DNA of 48,331 nt from a virus (lineage: Duplodnaviria > Caudoviricetes), in the IMG/VR virus record IMGVR_UViG_3300031683_000008, positions 1-48,331 of that record; one strand, given 5' to 3'. This document shows positions 25,306-33,949 of this stretch, in pieces; position 1 is the stretch's first letter, and the number at the start of each line of letters is the position of its first letter. The notes below the pieces were generated by a model. That model saw only the letters and a program-made list of their open reading frames with translations, was not told the DNA's origin and searched no databases. Position numbers and translations under genes: made by a program.

Positions 25306-28300
25306 TTAACAATTTGGGTCTATTTTATCTACTTCAGGTGTTTCTTCTTTCTGAAACGTCTGCTTCTTCTTCTTTTTAATCCCTTCAAGGGTTCCCGTTA
25401 CTGGCTCCTCTGTAGGCTCCGTCACAGCCTTCTCGTCTGCAGTTGGTGTGGTAGTATCATCTTCAGCTTCTGCCACGTAGGACTCGATAGCTGTAGTAAC
25501 ATCACTAACAACTAGGTTCTGACTTACCATCTGACTAACAACAGCGTGAACATTACCTCCACTATACAATCCTTTTAGATTAGAAGTGTGCTCTTTTACC
25601 CCTCTGACAGAATGTTTCAGAGATCTAACCTCAGCTATGGCTCCCATATCATCAACTTTGAATTCTATTACAGCCTCTGTTCCGGTTGGGAATTTAATCT
25701 TAACAACTCTCACAGATGTAGCTTCAACTTCTGCCGTCTCCTCTGCAGGAACTTCTTCTTCTTTCTCTTTTACTTCTTCTTTTTTACGCTCCTTAGTTAT
25801 CTCATCCAACGTCTTAGGATCTTTGCCATGCTTCAGATACGTGTTAGAAAATTGAGCTTTCTCATGATAGTTAAGGTCGTCGTCCCTAGAGTTATCCGCT
25901 AAGTTAGTGAATAAAGGGTATTCATCCATAGAATTTCTCTTGGAATCGTCTTTACCGTTACCTACTAGGAAGTCTGTGTAGTTTGTCCACACCTCTTTAG
26001 TTAGGTTACCGGAAGAATCGATCTTGTGCTCAATAAACTCTGTGAATGCCTCAGCTGCCGGCTTAGGGTTGTCCTTTTTCCACTTATTTGTTTCTTTCTG
26101 AAAGAAATATTCTGCAGCTTTCTCGCCTTTCTCTAATTTAGCTTTATACGCAGCACTCCCTTTAATCTTACCTATCTTAGTGCTATACTTTTTATTCCAT
26201 GCCCCAAGTACGCCTGTCCCTTCTCTGGTAGCCGTATCCTCTTTTAGTAAAAAGTGGTTCACGTTATAGTGCATCCCAGATAAAAAGACCTTTAAGTCCT
26301 CATGTAGAGACTCTGCTCCAACTGAGTCTAATAGATTCTGAAGTTCAATTGTGCCGTGCTCCCCAAAATTAACTGAGAACCCATTAGTAGAATTCACAAT
26401 ATCAAAGTTAGGTGCTGTAGATTCTATCGATCTATTACCAAAGAATGTCAACCCTTTAAGTATGTGTATTATTTTAGCACTATCCGGGTTAGTTGGGTCT
26501 ACCAACTCTGCAGCAGCAGGACCTAATTTACCATCTAGTCTCTCTTTGTGATTTTCAGCGTACTTAATTAGTAACTGGTATATAGTCTCTTGCGCTGCAG
26601 GACTTAACGTATTGTGCTGCATAGGAACTAACTTACCGTCTTTCTCCATGTACGTCATACCACTATTTAAAGTGTGTCTTGTACCACCAACTGTAACTTT
26701 ACTTTTAGCTCCTTTCGCTCCCAAGTTAATTTTAAGAGGTATCATATGAGTAGCACCCTGGATTGACTCACTAGGTCTACTCTTTTCTCCTGCATATCTC
26801 TTAACCATAGGAGAACTGTGACCTGTAATCTCAAAGAACAACTTAGTGTCATCCCCTAAAATTCTATTTCTCATATTCCTGTGGTTTGTAAACACAGCCT
26901 CTATAGATGCTTTTCTAGGTCCGTAGTAATGCACGACGTCGTTTTCATCCGTCACGGACTGCATTGAACTTTGAATTAGGTCTCTCTTAGAGTATCTGTA
27001 AACCTCCATTTGCTCACCTTTAGGGCTTTTACCTCTAGGTAGAGTTATTATCTTTGTTCTCACAGCGGTAGGCATAGATGTGTAGATAATTTTACCTTCA
27101 CCTTCTTTACTTCCTTTACCTCCTGCTCTTCTAATAGGTTTACCGTTTTTATCGGTAACTATATATAGTATATTCTCATCAATCTCTTCCCCAACAGCTC
27201 TGTGTGTGGTTTTTTCAGTGTTACCTCTAACCCAAGATTCTTTATCTCCTTCCTTGTGGTAGAAATATACCTGACCAGCAAGTTTAGGGTCTACGGTATC
27301 TCGAGTAACAGCCTGTAATAAGTAGTCTGTATTTGTAGCATTCAACTTAGAGGTAAACGCGAAGAATCTCATCTGATCCTCCATAGCTTCCATTTGGGCC
27401 ATAAGTGCAGGCTCAAGTATAACGCCAGCCTCGATCTGTCCCTTGTATTCGTAGTACACACTTTCCGCCATAACATGATGACCCGCAGTCTTCCTTAAAG
27501 ATGTCACCGTTATAGCAGAATTGAATTCCTCTGTTGGTGTATTACCTTTAATTACTTCAGAAACGTGCTCACCCTCTTTAGTGGATACGTAGTTTGTATC
27601 AATCTTCTCCTCTTTAGTTGGAGGCCTCATGAATCGTTCTAACGCATTATTAGTGTATATGAGGTGATCCAAAAGCTTGTCAGCCATGGACTCTAACTGT
27701 AAGGCATTGAATGCTAGCTCATTAACAGCCGCATTAAACTCCACCCTAGCGTTATCCAAAGTAGCTCTGTACTCTGCAACCTTGTTAAAAGCCTTATTGT
27801 ATGCACTCTCATCTTCTTTAGAAACATCAGGACTAAGATTGTCAGAGTCTTCACCTGTCTCCGTCTTACTGAATGATACTGCATCGCTTATCTTTTTAAG
27901 TGCTGAAGTAGCTGCTTTTAATTTTTTAAATAGCGCTGCTAACTCTGGTTTGTACTCTACTAATAATTCCTCTGTCGCTTCACCAAACTCTCCAAGGATA
28001 GTCTGCAGTTCAAAGAATTTAGCGCGGTCAAATGAAGTTTTCTCATCCGCCAAAGTAGTAACTAAGTGTGCTACCGGACTTTTGAATAGATCCGAAGAGT
28101 ACTTACTGTACCTCTTAGATGTAAACGCCTTATCATGAAGCTCTAGGATTAAAGATTGTGCCTGCTCTGCAGAACGTACATTCTGAACCCCTTTAGTTCG
28201 TTTAAAGTTGGCCAATGCCTTAGCATCTAATCGAAGTGCATCTAGCCTAGCTTCAACTTTTAATGCTCCAGCTCTTAACTCTCGAATACTATGGGAGGCA

Positions 28301-31300
28301 TCAAAGACAATCTTTATCAGTGTCTCGCTCTCACCTATAAGAAGTGCATTAGCGTTTTCAGCCTCTTCAAGCCTTGCTAACTCATTTTCCAAGTGAGCGT
28401 TAATCTCTTTTAGGTTGGCTGCTTTTGACTTTATGTCCTTCTTTAATGATGTGCTTATCTCCGCAATACTACTTTCTAGCATTTCCTTTGCCATAGTGGC
28501 CGGGTCTACTACGGTAATATTACTAGAGGTCGTACCTAATAAACTTAAATTGTAAGGGTTGGTGTTTGTAACATGCTTAGGGTCTGCAAGTATAGCGTCT
28601 AAAAGCTCAATAGCCTTATCCAGTCGTATCACATCCTGTAGCGCTACATTCTTTTTTGCTTCGTTCTTAGAGTCAGTTGCATCTAGAGCTTCCTCTCTTT
28701 CAAATTGTAGTGCCTCCATCTGCTTCATAAAGGAGATAGTCTCCATAGAAGGTATAGGTTGTAGCAATTTATCCTCGGTAGATTCAAGCGCAGCTTCTGT
28801 GACGTAGAAACGCTTCAATACCTTAGTTCCCTTTCTCTCACCCTCTGATGTGTACTCGTACTCAAACTCTACTACTTTACCTTTATACGTATGATACAGT
28901 CTCTCTAGCTTTTTATCACCTATATCGACCATAGCCTCTTGTGTGGTATCCAAGAACTGTTGCAAAAGAAGCTCTGGTTGAGGTACAATCTGTCCCTTCT
29001 CCATTCCCCATACTTTCCACCATCCTTTAGGATTCCAATCACCTTCTTCTCTAAGCTCTAATAGCTCATTATACATGGCTGTTGCTCTATGCCTTCTAGC
29101 TCTAAGCTTTCTAGCATCCTTCATAAGCTGCTTAGCCTCTTCTAGACTTTCCGCCGCTGCTGTAGGGTTGGCTTTCTGCCATTTATCCAACATTGTTTGC
29201 TCCTGAGCACTGATATAAGGGTCTAAACCATCATGTATAGCCTTAGTTAAAGCTGTTATTCTGTTAGTGATTTGTAGTTGTTCAGTACCAAGCTTCTCTA
29301 ATTTCTGATCTCTCTCTTCCTTAGATAAAGACTTGTCTTGTTCTACCTCTTGTATAGTTTTAGCTACTTCTGCCACTTCCTCTAACATAGTTCTATGTAG
29401 AGCTTCTATGTGTACAGGGTCTGTGATCTCTTTTATGTTGAGCTTTCTTTTTACTTTCTCTACTGCAGAAGAGTTGTCAGAAAGTATAGCAGCTTTTGTT
29501 TTCCCCTTTATGCGGTCCCACAAAGACTTACCTCTACCTTTAGCTGCGTCAGCTTCTCGCTTATCAGCCGTAGCTTTATCCTCTTCAATTTCGAAGTCAA
29601 GTTCTACACCCAAGCTTTGTAACCTTTCGTGTATCTCAGCTTCTCTAGCGTCAGCATCTTTACTAACTGAAAGAGCATGAGTTATAGCCATTTTTTGGTC
29701 CTCACCGAAGTTGATGAAAGATCTATCTACGCTGTCGTGAGTTTCCTTTATAGAAACCACTCTCTCCTCTAAAGCAGTGGCTATAGATTCTCTTCTATCT
29801 TTTAATTGTGCATCGTTAAGGTCATCCTTTTCGTTGTACATGAAACTTTCTCTGAACTGATCAAGAGGCATGTTACGTATATTCTCTATATCTTCGAATA
29901 TCTCAGACTCAAATCCTGCTGTATATCTAGAGTGGATGTAGTTAAAGACCTCATCGTGCTCTGCATTCTTATACATAAACGGACTATCGATTATAGCAGC
30001 ATAATTCTTACTGTTATCTATAACTTTATTACGAATCATGGCATCCATAGACTTCTCAAACGCCTTTGTTGCTGTCGTCGATCTCTCTAACCTAGTACGT
30101 AGATCTGATACGGCCTTCTCTTGCGCGGTAAGCGTAGTGAACGTATCCCATACACCACCTTGCATCTCAAATTTATGAGTAACTTTTCCGTCCTTACCTT
30201 TAGTTGAGGATCTCCCCGGTAAACCAAGAGCGGCTAGTAGCATACCAATACCTATCTCTTTTTGTCCTTCTTTGGACCCATAAGCAGCCCCGAAAGAATC
30301 TTCCATATTAAGGAGTAGCTCTTTAACGTTCTGGAATTCATCTGGATCTCTCTTAGATAGATAGAAGTCATATGCTGCACCTTGTCCTGCAAGGTCCATC
30401 AACTTTTGACCACCTTCCTCAATAGCACCCTCATATAAAGGAGTTTTCGCAACAGCCCACCCCTTCTTAATCATTCCTTCCTTCTTTCCTATACTCTTAA
30501 AGAGCTCTTTATATGCTCTCCCTCTATCTTTGATTTCTTTCTCTATGGTACCTTTAAGAGCTCCCTTAGTTGAATTTAGCCCTTTACCAAAAAGTTTTGG
30601 GAACATCATATAGTTACCATACCCTACTAATGCAAGGTTGGCTGCAAAAACTGCATTGGAACTCTTCGTAGCTATATCAGCTAGTCCAACTCTCTCCTTA
30701 TTCGAAGGTGCACGTTTGTGTTCATCAGAGAACATCCCCTCTAAATGAGCAAGAGTCTCATCATAATGATGTCTAGCTTCTACCCCAGACTCATACATCG
30801 CACCTGTCCCTAATTGACGTACAGTTTGCAACGCATTACCAGCCTGCTTGTTTCTGAATAGGCTTTTCACTGCCCCCATAGTACCTTCAGTAGATCTACC
30901 CGCAGTACCTAAAGCCTTTTTACCTGCACCTTTTAGGATGGCAGATGCCTTAGCTACAACAGCACTACTTGCTAGACCCCCTGAAAGAGATTCTGCAATA
31001 ACAGCACCCGCTACAAAAGATAATCCCTGTGTTAGATCGTTCGCCCAAAAGTTAGCGGTACCTGCACTTTGTAGAAAGTTGTAATCTTGCTCTTCTTTGG
31101 TGTAATGGTTAGGTAATTTGTCATCCATCCAAGAGTTGACATCATCTAACCCTCTTTGGAAGTCATTATCAAAGAACGCCTTTGTAGCACTTTCTTCTCC
31201 AAATAAATTTAATCCCCACTCCCCTGCACCGTACACTAAACCTACTGTAGATCCCAGTACGTTTGTAGCAGTTTTACCTACAAATTTAGTTATACCGTGT

Positions 31301-31665
31301 GCATATTTCTCACCAGTACCTTGACCGTAAGCCCTTAAGTCTTCCGCATCATCTGATATAAAAGAAAAAGGTTTATCTATATACTTAGCATAATCTTCAT
31401 AACTTACATCCCTTAGAATTCTACCATGTAAACCGGTTTGCATACCTTCAGGGAGACTTAGACTCTCTTCAGATGGATTAAGAAGCCCACTATAGGCTTC
31501 CGCTTCTATTGCAGAGTTGTACTCCTTAAGTGCTGTTCCCTGTAAGGGCTCCACTTGGGTAGGTGTCTTACTTGCAGTTATATGATCTGCAGTTTGTAGA
31601 CTATTGTCATCCACCTCTACGAGGTCAGCTGGGTTTATAAGATGTTTATCTAAAGTATTTTCCAT
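25306..31665 (-). CDS. Giant virion ejection protein with N-terminal membrane-insertion-like segments
   Basis: 2119 aa upstream of the vRNAP; Gly/Ala hydrophobic helices, ESGVEAR and EGAIEEGGQ motifs, long coiled coils. Confidence 0.75.
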   Translation of the reverse strand: MENTLDKHLINPADLVEVDDNSLQTADHITASKTPTQVEPLQGTALKEYNSAIEAEAYSGLLNPSEESLSLPEGMQTGLHGRILRDVSYEDYAKYIDKPFSFISDDAEDLRAYGQGTGEKYAHGITKFVGKTATNVLGSTVGLVYGAGEWGLNLFGEESATKAFFDNDFQRGLDDVNSWMDDKLPNHYTKEEQDYNFLQSAGTANFWANDLTQGLSFVAGAVIAESLSGGLASSAVVAKASAILKGAGKKALGTAGRSTEGTMGAVKSLFRNKQAGNALQTVRQLGTGAMYESGVEARHHYDETLAHLEGMFSDEHKRAPSNKERVGLADIATKSSNAVFAANLALVGYGNYMMFPKLFGKGLNSTKGALKGTIEKEIKDRGRAYKELFKSIGKKEGMIKKGWAVAKTPLYEGAIEEGGQKLMDLAGQGAAYDFYLSKRDPDEFQNVKELLLNMEDSFGAAYGSKEGQKEIGIGMLLAALGLPGRSSTKGKDGKVTHKFEMQGGVWDTFTTLTAQEKAVSDLRTRLERSTTATKAFEKSMDAMIRNKVIDNSKNYAAIIDSPFMYKNAEHDEVFNYIHSRYTAGFESEIFEDIENIRNMPLDQFRESFMYNEKDDLNDAQLKDRRESIATALEERVVSIKETHDSVDRSFINFGEDQKMAITHALSVSKDADAREAEIHERLQSLGVELDFEIEEDKATADKREADAAKGRGKSLWDRIKGKTKAAILSDNSSAVEKVKRKLNIKEITDPVHIEALHRTMLEEVAEVAKTIQEVEQDKSLSKEERDQKLEKLGTEQLQITNRITALTKAIHDGLDPYISAQEQTMLDKWQKANPTAAAESLEEAKQLMKDARKLRARRHRATAMYNELLELREEGDWNPKGWWKVWGMEKGQIVPQPELLLQQFLDTTQEAMVDIGDKKLERLYHTYKGKVVEFEYEYTSEGERKGTKVLKRFYVTEAALESTEDKLLQPIPSMETISFMKQMEALQFEREEALDATDSKNEAKKNVALQDVIRLDKAIELLDAILADPKHVTNTNPYNLSLLGTTSSNITVVDPATMAKEMLESSIAEISTSLKKDIKSKAANLKEINAHLENELARLEEAENANALLIGESETLIKIVFDASHSIRELRAGALKVEARLDALRLDAKALANFKRTKGVQNVRSAEQAQSLILELHDKAFTSKRYSKYSSDLFKSPVAHLVTTLADEKTSFDRAKFFELQTILGEFGEATEELLVEYKPELAALFKKLKAATSALKKISDAVSFSKTETGEDSDNLSPDVSKEDESAYNKAFNKVAEYRATLDNARVEFNAAVNELAFNALQLESMADKLLDHLIYTNNALERFMRPPTKEEKIDTNYVSTKEGEHVSEVIKGNTPTEEFNSAITVTSLRKTAGHHVMAESVYYEYKGQIEAGVILEPALMAQMEAMEDQMRFFAFTSKLNATNTDYLLQAVTRDTVDPKLAGQVYFYHKEGDKESWVRGNTEKTTHRAVGEEIDENILYIVTDKNGKPIRRAGGKGSKEGEGKIIYTSMPTAVRTKIITLPRGKSPKGEQMEVYRYSKRDLIQSSMQSVTDENDVVHYYGPRKASIEAVFTNHRNMRNRILGDDTKLFFEITGHSSPMVKRYAGEKSRPSESIQGATHMIPLKINLGAKGAKSKVTVGGTRHTLNSGMTYMEKDGKLVPMQHNTLSPAAQETIYQLLIKYAENHKERLDGKLGPAAAELVDPTNPDSAKIIHILKGLTFFGNRSIESTAPNFDIVNSTNGFSVNFGEHGTIELQNLLDSVGAESLHEDLKVFLSGMHYNVNHFLLKEDTATREGTGVLGAWNKKYSTKIGKIKGSAAYKAKLEKGEKAAEYFFQKETNKWKKDNPKPAAEAFTEFIEHKIDSSGNLTKEVWTNYTDFLVGNGKDDSKRNSMDEYPLFTNLADNSRDDDLNYHEKAQFSNTYLKHGKDPKTLDEITKERKKEEVKEKEEEVPAEETAEVEATSVRVVKIKFPTGTEAVIEFKVDDMGAIAEVRSLKHSVRGVKEHTSNLKGLYSGGNVHAVVSQMVSQNLVVSDVTTAIESYVAEAEDDTTTPTADEKAVTEPTEEPVTGTLEGIKKKKKQTFQKEETPEVDKIDPNC

Positions 31666-33938
31666 TATCTAATTTTAAACTTGTGATATACTAGTGGTTT
31701 TGACTCACCAACTCCTTCAAAGATAAACTGATTCATTTTCTCTTCTATCATCTCTGGAGAGTTATTTGGCTGTGCTTGTAAACCGGCCTTGTACTTATCC
31801 ATTGCATGTTTAACTTGAGGTATATCATTCATATATTGAATTAGAACCTCTCTGTATGTATCATGTTGTTGTGATGGATCTAAACCACTGTGCGACCCTA
31901 AAGTCTGAACAGACATAAGAGTAGCAGCAGCTAGATCAGGTAATGTTGGCTCTGTTTCCATCCTTTTAAGATGACTTATAACCTCGTCCATAACAGCAAA
32001 GTTAAGCTTTCCTGTGGCTTGTGCAATAGTATGCTGTAATTTACGCATACCATCTCCTCCAGCATCCTTGAAGTCAGCGATAACATTTCTACCGCCGGCA
32101 GTTTTAAACTTAATCCTAGTAGGTTCCATCTCTAAAAGATTAGGAGATACTATCCCCTGGAACATTAACCCATGCTCCCCTTGTTTGGACTCTTCTAGTA
32201 TTTTTTCATATAGATCTGAATCCTCAGGTACACCTACAACACGGAAGTCACTTAACGAGTAAGCCTTAAATGCTGTATTAAGATTACCCAAAGCTTTATT
32301 CCCCTCTGGAGTAGCTGATGGAGTCCAAACCTCGCCCTCAAGTACATCTCCCTTGTAAGAATTTAATTGCTCATGAATGTTATCTCCTCCACCTTCTGTT
32401 TTATAATTGTAATACTTGGTGGCAGCATCTTTTAATGCGGGAATATCAGAATCTGTGAAAGTTGTACCTAATGTTTGATTTATTCTCTCTAAGTTCTCTA
32501 CATTTTGCATCAACTGAGTCAACTCTGAATCAACTACACCTAAACTCTGTGTCTCGGGTCTCATCATATCTCGAACATTACCGAAACCATCAGCCGCTTG
32601 AGAAGCTAACGTTACTGCTAAATCTCCTGCGGTTGCTAGAGTTGCAGCCCCAAATGATAAGAAGAATGCAGGAGCGGCAGCTGCCCCTCCGAATAATGCT
32701 GACCCTACTCCGGCAGCTGCGGTAACACCTGCAGCAGCTTTGAACTTATTCCCGGTTCTATCTAGGAAGTCTCCCATCACACCTGACTGCATAGTGAAGT
32801 CTGGCATCCATTGGTCTTCAGTCATATACTTAACCATTGTACCAAAACTCTCAAACTCTTTTTGATCTATTTCCGGACCGGAGTTTTTCCATAGGTCTAC
32901 CTCAAACTCAGTGTAGTTTTTATACTCTGCTTCGCTTATAGTTCCCTGACTAAATGCTTTTTTACCTAACGTTGTTAACATCTTTTGGTAATCCTCAGCT
33001 ACCTCTGTCTGGCCTTTCCTTCTAGCATCCATCATTCTAGATGAAAGCTTAAGTACAGACCCATCAAACGTAGCGGTTAAATCTCCATCAACGTCATCTA
33101 AATCTAGTGCTGTATACCTTACATTACTAGATAGAAGTGATCCACCCATTATACTGTTTTGAACAGCAGATTGTGCAGCAGTTAAGTTCTTAGAAACATC
33201 TGACGCGTGTATTTGTTGGTCTGTGTGTATCTTAACTCTACTAAGAATGTCTTGCTTAGCCATCTCATGTCTCTTTTCAAGAGGTATGTTCTGGTCGTAC
33301 TCAATGTCTACAAGGCGTCTGACGTCCTGTTTACCTTCACTACCTCGGATATATCCAGCAGCAATTTTAAGTGCTACAGCGTTAGCCCTAGACCTAGGTA
33401 CATTACCTTTGATAGTCCCAACATACTTCTTTATAGCTCCATTGTAATCCAGCATTTGCTCTGACGCGTTCTGATACACGTTAGCCTCCATTAACCCTGT
33501 CTCAGGGTTCTCAATCCAAGAAGAGTGAGACTTAGATGCATCCTTACCAAAGTCTAGGATTTGTATACCTTTACTTCTAGCTTCAGATTGCCATTCAAGT
33601 TCGTTCTGCCTAGCCTCGTAGGATTTTTGTGCGGCCAATAAAGCCTCATTTGTCTGCAAAGAAGATACTTGGTCCCCAATTATAGAACCTGCGTCTTCAT
33701 AGTTACCTGATTTAATAACGCCCTGCATTTCATCTCTAATACCCTGCTTGGCTGCATCAACGTGGTGAGTGTCTCCACCCAACACGTTCATGTTTGCCAT
33801 AGTCCTGTCTATCAGGTCTACCTGAGCCTTATTTTTATCATACCTCTCACGAAGTAGCTCCGCAACCTTGTCAGATTTTGGATCTACATATTGACTTGCA
33901 AAAGGTTTTAATTGATATTTGCTGTATTTATTAGCCAT
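31665..33938 (-). CDS. Virion cargo/ejection protein
   Basis: 757 aa, no Cys, Gly/Ala-rich hydrophobic hairpin; position in the ejection module; TAATG coupling. Confidence 0.65.
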   Translation of the reverse strand: MANKYSKYQLKPFASQYVDPKSDKVAELLRERYDKNKAQVDLIDRTMANMNVLGGDTHHVDAAKQGIRDEMQGVIKSGNYEDAGSIIGDQVSSLQTNEALLAAQKSYEARQNELEWQSEARSKGIQILDFGKDASKSHSSWIENPETGLMEANVYQNASEQMLDYNGAIKKYVGTIKGNVPRSRANAVALKIAAGYIRGSEGKQDVRRLVDIEYDQNIPLEKRHEMAKQDILSRVKIHTDQQIHASDVSKNLTAAQSAVQNSIMGGSLLSSNVRYTALDLDDVDGDLTATFDGSVLKLSSRMMDARRKGQTEVAEDYQKMLTTLGKKAFSQGTISEAEYKNYTEFEVDLWKNSGPEIDQKEFESFGTMVKYMTEDQWMPDFTMQSGVMGDFLDRTGNKFKAAAGVTAAAGVGSALFGGAAAAPAFFLSFGAATLATAGDLAVTLASQAADGFGNVRDMMRPETQSLGVVDSELTQLMQNVENLERINQTLGTTFTDSDIPALKDAATKYYNYKTEGGGDNIHEQLNSYKGDVLEGEVWTPSATPEGNKALGNLNTAFKAYSLSDFRVVGVPEDSDLYEKILEESKQGEHGLMFQGIVSPNLLEMEPTRIKFKTAGGRNVIADFKDAGGDGMRKLQHTIAQATGKLNFAVMDEVISHLKRMETEPTLPDLAAATLMSVQTLGSHSGLDPSQQHDTYREVLIQYMNDIPQVKHAMDKYKAGLQAQPNNSPEMIEEKMNQFIFEGVGESKPLVYHKFKIR

Positions 33939-33949
33939 TTTATTGTCTT

